Part shown: one piece after another, positions 4,680 through 13,117 of the stretch
Position numbering within the stretch: position 1 is the stretch's first letter
Layout of the letters: each line of letters starts with the position of its first letter
Source: a virus
Virus record (IMG/VR): IMGVR_UViG_3300013383_000091
Length of the DNA stretch: 18,845 nucleotides
Direction: 5' to 3' (one strand)
The notes under the pieces: model-generated
Told to the model about the DNA's origin: nothing
The model's input: only the letters and a program-made list of their open reading frames with translations
Databases searched by the model: none
Position numbers and translations under genes: made by a program

Positions 4680-6206
4680 CTAGAAGCCTGCCGGTACTAC
4701 AAGAGAGCCGGAGAGAATGCCCGTCGCGTCCATATTGGCGGTGTTTTGTACGCTAAGTGTGCTGCCATCCAGTGCTGTAAAGCACTTGCCGTCATAGGAC
4801 GGGAAGTATTGCGGATTCCCGACAGCAGCCCACGAGGGGAGCTTGAAGACGCGGTTCCCGTTGGCCGGTTTAGTGGTGTAGTTGCACTTGTATCCAATAT
4901 ACAGCATACCGTCGCGCTCGAAGATGTTAACGTAATCCCATGTGCCGAGAATCTGCGAAGCGTCAGGCATACCGTAGTTTGTCGGCCACAGATCGCAATT
5001 GGCTGCAACACAATGCGCAATCCAATTGCCGGCAAGAGCGTAGCCAGAGCGGTTGAGGTGTGCGCCGTCACCGTCATCGCCGCCACCTTCGCCCTGAGAG
5101 GCCACTACGCCAATGCGGTAGCCACCTTCATGGATGCGGACGTAATCATAGCCGCAGTCTTTGAGGTTTAAGGTCAGGACACGGTAGACGCCGAGACGGT
5201 CTGATCGATTGGTGCCATGTGTCTTGTTTTGCGTCAACGTCTGCCCTACTGCCAAGGTCATGGGGCATACGTGGATTTCAGCATTGGGGGCGTCGCTGTG
5301 GATGGATTCCATGAGATTGCGTGCTCTGTTCATCACAAACGCTTCGGTGGTCTTGTTTTGTGCAATGCCTGTCGCGTCGTTTTGTCCTCCAATGATGATT
5401 ACAGCGGAAACCTTGTCTTTGTCTGGCACGTCGTTCCAAATATCAATGAAACGTCCATCATCCCCTATGACGGCGAAGCCTCCAGCCGAAGATCCCTTGT
5501 AGTAAAAACGAGTCGGATTGAGCCGGTTTTTGATAGCGACGGCGGGCGATTCGTCGATATGCTTCGCGCCGGAATAGTATCCATCCACCCAACTGTCACC
5601 CAATACCACGACATAGTCCTTGAGCTTTGCCGGTACGCTGGCCAATTCGAGAGCTTCCGTGGCTTCGGTGCTAGCCTTGTCCCACTTTGTCCTTGCGGCT
5701 ATAGCTTTGTCCGTGGTTTCGGAGCCTAGTGCTGTCAATGCCGATTTGGAGGCGGTTGCGTCCGTGCCGGCCTTATCCCACTTGGCCTTGGAGGCGCTGG
5801 CTTCATCTACGGTTTCTGTGCCGAGTGCGGCTAATGCCGCGCCATTCATGGCCGCGTCCGTGCCGGCCTTATCCCACTTGGCCTTGGAGGCGCTGGCTTC
5901 ATCTGCGGTTTCCGTGCCGAGTGCGGCTAATGCCGCACCATTCATGGCCGCGTCCGTACCCGCCTTGTCCCATTTGGTCTTGGCTGCTTTGGCGGCGTCC
6001 ACGGTATTGTCTCCCGTCAGTGTTTTCAGTACTTCCGTGTCGTGCGTGTCGGTCGCTTCGAGGGTTTCGATGCGGTTCAAATGCTTGCCGAGCGTATCGT
6101 CGATGGTATGCATTGAATCGTTGTAGCCGTCGCGCAAGTCGGCGGGGTCATCGTCCCCATAGAGATTCAACCCATAATTGTTGGTTTTCGTGTAGGTGGT
6201 TGCCAT
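4680..6206 (-). CDS. Tail fibre/appendage protein: N-terminal anchor motif, 32-aa tandem-repeat stalk, SGNH/GDSL esterase domain, C-terminal putative receptor-binding domain
   Basis: 508 aa. It carries 3.5 repeats of KWDKAGTDAAMNGAALAALGTETxDEASASKA. SGNH blocks are present: VVLGDSW (block I), GGQND (block III), DGAHLN (block V). Its position corresponds to phi29 gene 12 (appendage). Confidence 0.85.
   Translation of the reverse strand: MATTYTKTNNYGLNLYGDDDPADLRDGYNDSMHTIDDTLGKHLNRIETLEATDTHDTEVLKTLTGDNTVDAAKAAKTKWDKAGTDAAMNGAALAALGTETADEASASKAKWDKAGTDAAMNGAALAALGTETVDEASASKAKWDKAGTDATASKSALTALGSETTDKAIAARTKWDKASTEATEALELASVPAKLKDYVVVLGDSWVDGYYSGAKHIDESPAVAIKNRLNPTRFYYKGSSAGGFAVIGDDGRFIDIWNDVPDKDKVSAVIIIGGQNDATGIAQNKTTEAFVMNRARNLMESIHSDAPNAEIHVCPMTLAVGQTLTQNKTHGTNRSDRLGVYRVLTLNLKDCGYDYVRIHEGGYRIGVVASQGEGGGDDGDGAHLNRSGYALAGNWIAHCVAANCDLWPTNYGMPDASQILGTWDYVNIFERDGMLYIGYKCNYTTKPANGNRVFKLPSWAAVGNPQYFPSYDGKCFTALDGSTLSVQNTANMDATGILSGSLVVPAGF
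5637..5975. repeat. In-frame 96-bp tandem repeats (3.5 units) inside the tail fibre gene
   Basis: Units 5758..5853 and 5854..5949 differ at only 3 of 96 positions. Flanking units are progressively diverged. Confidence 0.9.
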
Positions 6207-6217
6207 TTGCCTAGTCC

Positions 6218-6382
6218 TTACTTGTTTTCGCGTGATTGAATGTCGAGTTGGTGCAATAGTTGGTCGATCATGCGCATGGCGCGATTGTAGCCGTCGCGTA
6301 AGTCTCCAACGGTTTCGTCTGTATAGAGGGGTAGTTGGTAGTTGGGCGTGTGCTCGTAAAGGTCGGTGGTGTCGTTCGGCAT
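6218..6382 (-). CDS. 54-aa ORF (below the track cut-off) paralogous to the tail fibre N-terminus
   Basis: ATG at 6382, stop TAA at 6218..6220. RBS GGAAGGA lies 7 nt upstream and overlaps the stop of the preceding gene. Product: MPNDTTDLYEHTPNYQLPLYTDETVGDLRDGYNRAMRMIDQLLHQLDIQSRENK. It shares NY-L-LY-D---DLRDGYN--M--ID--L with residues 10-45 of the 508-aa fibre. Confidence 0.55.
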   Translation of the reverse strand: MPNDTTDLYEHTPNYQLPLYTDETVGDLRDGYNRAMRMIDQLLHQLDIQSRENK

Positions 6383-6385
6383 GTG

Positions 6386-6907
6386 TTAGTCCTTCCGTGG
6401 GGTCACGCGCGGGTCAGCGTGGTTGAAGATGGTTTTATTGCCGATCACAGCGGTTTCGAGACATGTGTGCGCGGCCGCCTGTTTTGCGGTGATGGTGGCG
6501 AGCTGATCGACGCGTGCGCCGAACACGGCGAGTTCCCGGTATATATCCCTATTGGTCTGCTGGGTGTTCTCATACACGCCACGCGTGGGATTATATGAGA
6601 TGCTGGTGTTTTCGAGTTTGCCGACCTGCTTGGCGAGATTGCCGAGCGTTTCGTCGATGGCGTCGAAATGCTCTTTGAAGCCGAGCACCGAATTTTTGAC
6701 TTCGGTGATGTCGGCCGCTTCATCCTTTGCCAGATCGTCCAGACTTTGCCGCACTTCCTCCAGATGGCCGGCCACCTCATTCAAATAGGCGAGCACCGTT
6801 AGGGTGTCGCGATAACTGAAGGGCTGTGTGGTGGTGTAGTAGCGTTGGCGTGGGTCGATGTCCAACGGCGCGATGGGCGGCGCGCCCTGTGCTGTGTCTC
6901 CGATCAT
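6386..6907 (-). CDS. Coiled-coil structural protein (putative fibre/appendage component)
   Basis: 173 aa. Strong RBS GGAGGT lies 6 nt before the ATG. The central region is heptad-like (LEEVRQSLDDLAKDEAADITEVKNSVLGFKEHFDAIDETLGNLAKQVGKLE). Located between lower collar and fibre genes. Function is inferred from context. Confidence 0.7.
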   Translation of the reverse strand: MIGDTAQGAPPIAPLDIDPRQRYYTTTQPFSYRDTLTVLAYLNEVAGHLEEVRQSLDDLAKDEAADITEVKNSVLGFKEHFDAIDETLGNLAKQVGKLENTSISYNPTRGVYENTQQTNRDIYRELAVFGARVDQLATITAKQAAAHTCLETAVIGNKTIFNHADPRVTPRKD

Positions 6908-6933
6908 AAATTTACCTCCATGACGATTATACT

Positions 6934-7746
6934 TCAGTGGCCGAGATCGTAGGCGAGCGATGTGGCGTACATGGCGGGCATGTTGGTCATGTTGTCACCG
7001 CTACCCCAAATCTGCATGAAGCATGGTTCGAGGGAATCGATCACCATGAGGTCGATGTTGAGCATGGTGTTGCGCCAGTCGGTCAATAATTGGGATTGTG
7101 AGCCGCTGGTGCCGCTGGTGTGGGTCTGCGTCTTGCCGGTGTCCGACTGGTGCGAGTAGTCGGTATTGCTCTGACTGGATGCCGTCTGACTGCTGTCCTG
7201 TGTGCTGGATGTGTGCGTATTGCCCTTGCTGTCCGTCTGGGATGCCGACGTGGCGTATTTACGAAAATCGTCCAGCCGTGTTTGAGGGAATTCGCTGTTT
7301 ACCGTCATGCTGGAATTGTCGGCGGTGGTGTCGCTTGAGCTTTTCGACGTGCTGGAATTGTCCTGCCGTCCACTGCTTTTCGCGCTTGATTCGTTGGTGT
7401 TGCTGCTGTCCGTGGTCTGCCACATGTCGGAAGTAAGGAACGGGTCGAATTTCCTTTGAGCCGACGAATAGAGTTGATTGTAGTACTCCATTTGCTCCCG
7501 CATAGTGCGGCCAAGGTAGAACACGAACATCTGCCCCGTCTCGCTACCGATCTCACGCATGAGGTAATGCTGCACGATCTTGTCATTGAGCTTTGTGCGG
7601 TATGATTCATCAAAAATCGGGTACCATTCGGCGGATAGATGGAGTTTTTCGTCCGTATCGTATCCGGCCGCGATGAGCTGACCCAAGGTGAGCGTGTAGT
7701 CCGCGGCCATGTCCTTCAAAGCGTATTGACTGAAGTCCTGTACCAT
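6934..7746 (-). CDS. Lower collar (tail tube) protein, phi29 gp11 position
   Basis: 270 aa from the ATG at 7746. The RBS GGAGGA lies inside the portal C-terminal codons, 5 nt upstream. The track start at 7833 overlaps the portal gene. N-terminal motif IVQHYLMREIGSETGQMFVFYL. Lies directly after the portal gene, as in phi29. Confidence 0.72.
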   Translation of the reverse strand: MVQDFSQYALKDMAADYTLTLGQLIAAGYDTDEKLHLSAEWYPIFDESYRTKLNDKIVQHYLMREIGSETGQMFVFYLGRTMREQMEYYNQLYSSAQRKFDPFLTSDMWQTTDSSNTNESSAKSSGRQDNSSTSKSSSDTTADNSSMTVNSEFPQTRLDDFRKYATSASQTDSKGNTHTSSTQDSSQTASSQSNTDYSHQSDTGKTQTHTSGTSGSQSQLLTDWRNTMLNIDLMVIDSLEPCFMQIWGSGDNMTNMPAMYATSLAYDLGH

Positions 7747-7747
7747 G

Positions 7748-8680
7748 TTATTCCTCCATATTCCCGTCCGTATCCAACAGTCCGCCTGAAGTGGTGTCGT
7801 TCCATTCGATTCCCACCGGGAGTTCGAATTCAAATAATCGGTTGATCGTGTCGCAAGCTTGTTGGCGTGCCTTGAGGTAAGAGAGCCGGAACACGTTGGT
7901 TTTGCTGTTGCCGGCCGTGACTTCCGATTCCAACAATCGCTCCTTTTTCTCGGTGGTGCTGTTGTCGATGCCCATGTAGTTCACAAGCTCGTTCCAGATC
8001 TGCGTTTTCGTGGTGATAAGCTTATCGGCCATGAATGGCGTGATGTTGGGGAATGTCTGGAAAAGCCCGGTGATGTCCGCACTGTCGTAAGCATAGATAT
8101 AGGGATCACCGTCCTCTCGCGCCTTCATAAGATTCTGGGCGGTGAGCTTGCTTGTTTCCGATGTGGCGATGATCAGCGGCACCGAGAGATTGTCGAGGTT
8201 CACGTCCAGCGCCCTGTCGGCCATGGCCAATCGTGTGGCATAATTCCACATGACATCGATCATGGTACAGCGCAAACCGTTGTCCCATATGGGCACGCAC
8301 TGTTTCGAGCCGATCTGAGGATGCGAGTAATTCGTGGCCAGCGGCTGAAATGTAGTGGGATTATTGTAGTTGTTGACGCCGCCGATGTTCCCGGCCGTGA
8401 CCATGAACCGGTGCAGTCGCTTATCCGCGAAAAACAGCGCCAAACCGTTTTCAAACAGAGTCAGCTCCAGATACCGTTCATCGATGTAGGGTGGAAGGTT
8501 CTTCCATTTGAAGCGCGATATGGCCAGCATTTCGATGAGCTTCATATACTGGTTGATGCGCAGACTTTGCCGCATTTCCGGTAGATTCAAGTTGCCCCAC
8601 ATGGAGCCGAGAACGCTCTGATTGTCCCAGTGTGCGGCCTTGCGTGCGCTGTTTCGTTTTCCTCTGCTCAAAAGTTTCAC
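7748..8680 (-). CDS. Portal (head-tail connector) protein, phi29 gp10-like
   Basis: 310 aa (phi29 gp10 is about 309 aa). FKWKNLPPYIDERYLE matches remembered gp10 FEWENLPPTINPSFLE. KKERLLESEV matches KKERMVTDEV, and RQQACDTINRLFE matches REEACEKINELYG. The N-terminus is basic. The GTG start has a weak RBS, so the start is uncertain. Confidence 0.92.
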   Translation of the reverse strand: MKLLSRGKRNSARKAAHWDNQSVLGSMWGNLNLPEMRQSLRINQYMKLIEMLAISRFKWKNLPPYIDERYLELTLFENGLALFFADKRLHRFMVTAGNIGGVNNYNNPTTFQPLATNYSHPQIGSKQCVPIWDNGLRCTMIDVMWNYATRLAMADRALDVNLDNLSVPLIIATSETSKLTAQNLMKAREDGDPYIYAYDSADITGLFQTFPNITPFMADKLITTKTQIWNELVNYMGIDNSTTEKKERLLESEVTAGNSKTNVFRLSYLKARQQACDTINRLFEFELPVGIEWNDTTSGGLLDTDGNMEE

Positions 8681-8691
8681 CGCCTAAAGTA

Positions 8692-8725
8692 ATGGAGAGA
8701 GACATACGTATTTGTCTCTCTCCAT
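8692..8725 (-). terminator. Hairpin between tail knob and portal genes (possible attenuator)
   Basis: A 13-bp stem pairs 8692..8704 with 8713..8725 (ATGGAGAGAGACA / TGTCTCTCTCCAT). The loop contains TACGTA. Only a weak U-tract (UACUUU) follows. Confidence 0.4.
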
Positions 8726-8741
8726 AATACCTTGTGGCTGA

Positions 8742-10979
8742 TCAGTAGACGATGCCGTCCAACGGCGCGTTGTCCGCGTAATCGGTGACGCCTATCTTGC
8801 TTGGGTCAGTCCATACGGTGACGCCGCTCTCAAAAATACCTTTGATGGTGAGCCGGTACTCCTCCGGGCACGTGGAACTTCTCACATACAGCTCATGCAC
8901 CTTCCAATATGTGAAATTAGACATTGCCATAAGATTCGCCGGCAACATCATGAAGCGCTGGACGTAATACCCGTATCTCAACCACACCTCTCCGATACTT
9001 CGCATTGCGGCGGGCGTGATCTGGCGGAAGCGTACAAGCACGCCGATCAGACCGTTGGCAAGGTTGAAGCTATCGCCGCCCAATGCGCCGGACGTGGTGG
9101 GCGCAACCGTCTGCGTCTGTTGCACTTGGGCGTTGATGCCGGCTATGGTGTTCTCGTAATCGCCTTTTGCGGTGGCCTGTGCGAGCGCGCGGTTCATATC
9201 AGCGAGTTGCATGGTCTGCGAGTTGGAGAGATTCGTAGACGCCAAGGCATAGGCGTTGGCCTGTGAAGTGGTGGCATTGTTCGTGGCTGTCTGATTCGCT
9301 AATTGCGTGTTGGCCGTGTCCACGTTGTTCTGGTAGGTCTGATCATTCGCCCATGCGCCGATGGCCGCACCGGCCACCGCGCCGACCGCGCCGCCGACGT
9401 TGCCGCCTGCGAGATTGCCCAACGCGTTCGCCGCGCCGCTTCCGATGGTATTAAGTTGGCTCATGGAGTTGCTGAAGCTCAGGTTTTTCAGCGTAAGATC
9501 GTTGCCCATTTGCGCGGAAGTGTTTGAAATGCTGTTCATGGCGTTGCGGTTGGACGTGGCCAAACGATTCGCGGCACTCGAATAGCTGGTGCCGACTTCG
9601 GCGGCGCGATACGCGTTGTTGATGCCCATTTGCGTTTTCTGCTGTGTCCAGTCGGCCGACTTGCGGGCATATGCGCGCGTGTACGAGCTGTTCGCCAATG
9701 CTAGTGCGGAGCCGTTGTTGACGGCCATGAAGGTGGGGAAATTCGTCGTACCGAAGGCGGCGTTCAACATTTCGCCGCTATCGATGGGTAGCCCAAGATC
9801 ATTCGCAAGCGGGGAACGCTGGGAGAGAGCGGAGGCATGATAGCCGCGAGCGTAGAAGTTCAGGCGGGGGGACGGTGGCGCGTAATCCCACGATTCCCTG
9901 ATCACTAAATCATTCGACGGTACCTGTTCCGGCTCGTATGTGATCACATCGCCGTTCAGGCATGAGCACTCCACATAGGAGTATGGCGCGGTGCGGAATT
10001 TTTTTAGGTATTTGTAGCGGTCTGGTAATTTGAAGTTGTCGCGGAAGTTTTTGATGGTGATGATGTCCGTATAGCGTGAATCGGACTTGCCGGTGCGCAC
10101 GCGCATCCGATAGCACTTGCCGTGCCAATCAACGCCGGTTTTGAATGCGGTGTTGACCGACTCCTGTTTTTCCAAGAGTCTCGCCGGCAATGGGGGGACG
10201 GCGTAGATGCCGCAGATCCCTTGTGTGACCCATGGGTAATCCGCGCCGGCCGCAAGCAGTGCGCCCAAGTCGGTTGCCACCGTGAGATAATAGACGGCGG
10301 TGCCGTTCAGGTGGCTCTCGAATGCGCCGCCGTCCGCCGTGGTGGTCTTGGGTGCGCTCTCGGTGCCGGGGTCGGCTTCGAGCTGGGTGGTGCTGACCAC
10401 GATCACGCCAAAATCATATTGCGTGCCATTCTCACTCACCGGGATAAGCGACTTGTATTGTTCGCCGGCGATAACAGTGGTTTTACCGGTGTCCAAGCCT
10501 TCCGGCAAATCGAGATATTCACGACCATAATCCGCCCACTGGTTTTCATTCGCCACGCCGACGTGTCCGCGCTCCACGTAGGCGTTGCCGAGCGTTATGT
10601 TGAATTGAAAGCTCTGCCACACGTCGAGCTGGATGTTGAGTTGCGTGGTCTGCGCGTTGACGTAATCGACCGTCTGAATGAAGTAATACCAGCTGCGAGG
10701 CGTGTCAAAATCGTATTCGTTGGTGGCCACAAGGTAGTTGTATTTGGACGCTTGGGCGAACGGCACGGGGACGCGCACGGGTAGACCGTATTTCGCCATG
10801 GTGCACCCCTTGAATTCAAGACCGTCGAGCGAATCGAAATAATCCTGTTGCGCCTTTTCGTCCACGAAGCGCACGATATCCCTATATCCCATATCCCATG
10901 TGACGTTACAGAGTTTGAATGTCGTGCTCGGTGGCCATTTCGCATAGCTGAAGTTGACGGGTAGATCATTGGCACTCAT
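8742..10979 (-). CDS. Tail knob / distal tube protein, phi29 gp9-like
   Basis: 745 aa from the ATG at 10979 (RBS AAAGGAA 6 nt upstream). YNYLVATNEYDF...WYYFIQTVDYVNAQTTQLNIQLDVWQSF...YVERGHV parallels remembered gp9 SYIMFQNADYGNKWFYAFVTELEF...FEIDVLQTWMF...IVREHV. A Gly/Ala-rich hydrophobic loop (GGNVGGAVGAVAGAAIGAW) and the C-terminal YGYYVQR...GVTVWTD also parallel gp9. Confidence 0.9.
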   Translation of the reverse strand: MSANDLPVNFSYAKWPPSTTFKLCNVTWDMGYRDIVRFVDEKAQQDYFDSLDGLEFKGCTMAKYGLPVRVPVPFAQASKYNYLVATNEYDFDTPRSWYYFIQTVDYVNAQTTQLNIQLDVWQSFQFNITLGNAYVERGHVGVANENQWADYGREYLDLPEGLDTGKTTVIAGEQYKSLIPVSENGTQYDFGVIVVSTTQLEADPGTESAPKTTTADGGAFESHLNGTAVYYLTVATDLGALLAAGADYPWVTQGICGIYAVPPLPARLLEKQESVNTAFKTGVDWHGKCYRMRVRTGKSDSRYTDIITIKNFRDNFKLPDRYKYLKKFRTAPYSYVECSCLNGDVITYEPEQVPSNDLVIRESWDYAPPSPRLNFYARGYHASALSQRSPLANDLGLPIDSGEMLNAAFGTTNFPTFMAVNNGSALALANSSYTRAYARKSADWTQQKTQMGINNAYRAAEVGTSYSSAANRLATSNRNAMNSISNTSAQMGNDLTLKNLSFSNSMSQLNTIGSGAANALGNLAGGNVGGAVGAVAGAAIGAWANDQTYQNNVDTANTQLANQTATNNATTSQANAYALASTNLSNSQTMQLADMNRALAQATAKGDYENTIAGINAQVQQTQTVAPTTSGALGGDSFNLANGLIGVLVRFRQITPAAMRSIGEVWLRYGYYVQRFMMLPANLMAMSNFTYWKVHELYVRSSTCPEEYRLTIKGIFESGVTVWTDPSKIGVTDYADNAPLDGIVY

Positions 10980-10998
10980 ATGTCGTTCCTTTCGATAT

Positions 10999-11036
10999 GG
11001 AAAATAGGATGCAGTGTTATCGCACTGCATCCTATT
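10999..11036 (-). terminator. Leaky rho-independent terminator after the major capsid gene
   Basis: A 14-bp perfect stem pairs 11003..11016 with 11023..11036, with a 6-nt loop. UUUUCC follows on the minus strand. It lies immediately upstream of the tail knob RBS. Confidence 0.6.
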
Positions 11037-11057
11037 CTAGTAGGCCGCTTCCGCCTG

Positions 11058-12785
11058 TCAGGCGGTGACGGTGACGTTGTGCGAAGCGGTCACGCCGGCG
11101 AATTTCGCGGTGACGGCCACGGCACTTGCGTTGGCCGTTTCGCCGGTGACTACGCCGGTTGGTGAGACGGTGGCGTTCTCGCCGCTTGCCCAAGTGGCGA
11201 GTTTGGTCACGTCTTCGGTGTTGCCGTCGTTCTTGGTGACGATGGCTTTCAGGCTGATATTCTGACCGACCTTGACGGTGCTTGCGCCTTGCACTTCGAG
11301 CTTGGTGATCGCGCCGGATTTGAATCCGCCTACCCATGTTCCGACCACCGGCACCGCAAGGGATGCGGAAATGGTCTGGTCGATTTCCGGCGTGCTTGGG
11401 TTGATGTACGTGGCCTGTGCGGTGACGGTGATCGTGTCGGCGGTTTCGTCAAGGCCGCACCGGATGATGCCGTCGTTATCCACCGAAGTAAACTGGGAGC
11501 TTGCACCGGTGAGCTTGTAGGTGATGCCGACCGGCTGGAAGCTTGCGCTTGCCTTGTTGTCGCTCGAAATATCGGACACAACCTGAACCAAGTCTCCACG
11601 GTACACGTTCTGCGGGGTGGCGCTGTTTTCACCGTATTTCTTGAGCCTGATCTGGAATACCGGCTTCGACGTGGTGAGCGTATCCGGGAGCGTGACGGAA
11701 TCGGTGGAGCCGGTGCCAGTCCAGAAGAGCACCGCATTGGAGAACGGGTTCGGGGTGACGCTACCCCTGTGCTTGTAGAATATGTTGCGCGTGCCGTCGA
11801 TGGGGTTGACGGGGCTGTTGGTGGTTTCCAACATCTCATCCCAGCAGAAGAAGAAGTCTTCCGTGGTGAGAATGGCCTGCACCTTGCCTTCGGTGCCGCC
11901 AATGCCAAACATATCCTCAGGAATGGGGATGATGCGATAGGGCACGTTGGCGCGGTCGATGTTGAACGCGGCCGCCAATGCTTCGACGTTCAGGGCGGCG
12001 ATCACCTGCGGCGTGGCGAAGAGAATGGCTTCACTGTCACGCCATGGAGTGACCCAGCTCATGGCGTTGTAGCGGGGCATGGCCGACATAGGGGATGCCT
12101 TGAGTTCGTTCGCGGTCTGCTGGATGAGACGAAGAAGATTCTTTGCGTCCGTTTCGGTGGAATTGGCCGCGCCCACGTCGGCGGTATGCACGCGCCAAAA
12201 TCCGCCCTTGCGCGCGTATTCCGCGAAACACTGCGTCTTCATGACATACATATCATTACGGTCGCTCAAAATCGGCGCGTTCATGATCTCGGCAATGTAA
12301 TCCGACATGCCGCTTTCCCCGTCGAAAGCCGTCAGCAAAGCGTCTTCCGGGATGGTGACGGGGTAGTAGTGATCGAACGTGAGCGGGTGGAACACACTCG
12401 CAGTTGGCACGTTGTAACGCCCGTACACGTCATCGCCCAAGTACTCCTTATTGAAATTACGGGTGCGAGCCTGTACGAGGCCGACCGCCGCCTGCTCGTA
12501 GGTGGAGCCGTAGCGCTTCAGTGTGCGCGGGGAGCCGATCAGCCTCAAGGGGTCATCCCAGTCCGCGTGCTGGACATAGAGCCCGATCAGGCGCTGAATG
12601 AGTACGCCGGTGAATTCATCGCGCAGATACGGAAAATTGCGCATGGTGTCCACGGCGTTCCTGATGTTGCCCTGTGTTGCGGCGGGGATACGGGTCTGGA
12701 ATTGCGGTGAGGTGGCGTTGCGCACGGCGTTGAAGATCTCAACGTCCCCCTTGCCGGCGAGCGGCCTTACATTGGTATCGGTCAT
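11058..12785 (-). CDS. Major capsid protein, phi29 gp8-like, with C-terminal Ig-like (Big_2-type) domains
   Basis: 575 aa. RBS AGGAAGGA lies 7 nt upstream. VEIFNAVRNA..., DEFTGVLIQRLIG, ALLTAFDGESGMSDYIAEIMNAP and LNVEALAAAFNIDRANV parallel remembered gp8 segments. The last ~85 aa (KLEVQGASTVKVGQNISLKAIV...VTAKFAGVTASHNVTVTA) is Big_2-like, preceded by a second Ig-like segment. Confidence 0.92.
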   Translation of the reverse strand: MTDTNVRPLAGKGDVEIFNAVRNATSPQFQTRIPAATQGNIRNAVDTMRNFPYLRDEFTGVLIQRLIGLYVQHADWDDPLRLIGSPRTLKRYGSTYEQAAVGLVQARTRNFNKEYLGDDVYGRYNVPTASVFHPLTFDHYYPVTIPEDALLTAFDGESGMSDYIAEIMNAPILSDRNDMYVMKTQCFAEYARKGGFWRVHTADVGAANSTETDAKNLLRLIQQTANELKASPMSAMPRYNAMSWVTPWRDSEAILFATPQVIAALNVEALAAAFNIDRANVPYRIIPIPEDMFGIGGTEGKVQAILTTEDFFFCWDEMLETTNSPVNPIDGTRNIFYKHRGSVTPNPFSNAVLFWTGTGSTDSVTLPDTLTTSKPVFQIRLKKYGENSATPQNVYRGDLVQVVSDISSDNKASASFQPVGITYKLTGASSQFTSVDNDGIIRCGLDETADTITVTAQATYINPSTPEIDQTISASLAVPVVGTWVGGFKSGAITKLEVQGASTVKVGQNISLKAIVTKNDGNTEDVTKLATWASGENATVSPTGVVTGETANASAVAVTAKFAGVTASHNVTVTA

Positions 12786-12800
12786 TGGTCATTCCTTCCT

Positions 12801-13082
12801 TTAGAACAGATCTTCGATTGTTTCGGTGTGATCGGCCGGCTCTTCGGGTTCCGGCATGGCCGGTTCCTCGTAGCCGAGCGTGTCCAGCATGGCCTTCAGT
12901 GTGGAGAGTTCCTTTTCCAGCCTATCCAAGCGTTGTTCCACGCCTTCGGTCGCATTGTCCGATTCCGGTTCGCTGTTGTCGTTATCCGGTTCCACTGGGT
13001 CATTCGGCGTCTCCACCGTCTTCTCGTCTTCGGTCGGTTCGTCCGGCGCGGTGTTGTCGGTGGTGTCGCTGTTGTCCGCCAC
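12801..13082 (-). CDS. Putative scaffolding protein (phi29 gp7 position)
   Basis: 93 aa, highly acidic N-terminal half, with a C-terminal helix (QRLDRLEKELSTLKAMLDTL). GTG start with GGAGGA 3-4 nt upstream. Lies immediately upstream of the capsid gene. Function is inferred from position and size. Confidence 0.65.
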   Translation of the reverse strand: MADNSDTTDNTAPDEPTEDEKTVETPNDPVEPDNDNSEPESDNATEGVEQRLDRLEKELSTLKAMLDTLGYEEPAMPEPEEPADHTETIEDLF

Positions 13083-13117
13083 GTTTCCTCCAATCCTCTA
13101 AATGGGTTTCGCTTCTG

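Noticed and set aside
5758-5949. Possible CRISPR-like or minisatellite array
   Set aside because: The repeats are directly adjacent with no spacers. They are 96 bp long, in frame, and inside a well-supported CDS. They are coding tandem repeats, not a CRISPR array.
5620-6214. Two plus-strand ORFs with striking internal peptide repeats (e.g. SVPALSHLALEALASS..., RPCRPYPTWPWRRWLHLRF...)
   Set aside because: The repeats are simply the antisense and alternate-frame reading of the 96-bp tandem repeats of the tail fibre gene. They are not an independent repeat protein.
7859-8584. 241-aa plus-strand ORF antisense to the portal gene; similar antisense ORFs at 908..1432, 10122..10784 and 4650..5171
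   Set aside because: All overlap confidently assigned minus-strand genes, lack RBSs, and have Arg/Gly/His/Val-biased composition characteristic of antisense frames.
11289-12710. 473-aa plus-strand ORF antisense to the major capsid gene
   Set aside because: This is a typical long antisense open frame in GC-rich coding DNA. The product is Gly/Arg/Val-rich with no start context. The opposite strand has clear phi29 gp8-like similarity and a strong RBS.
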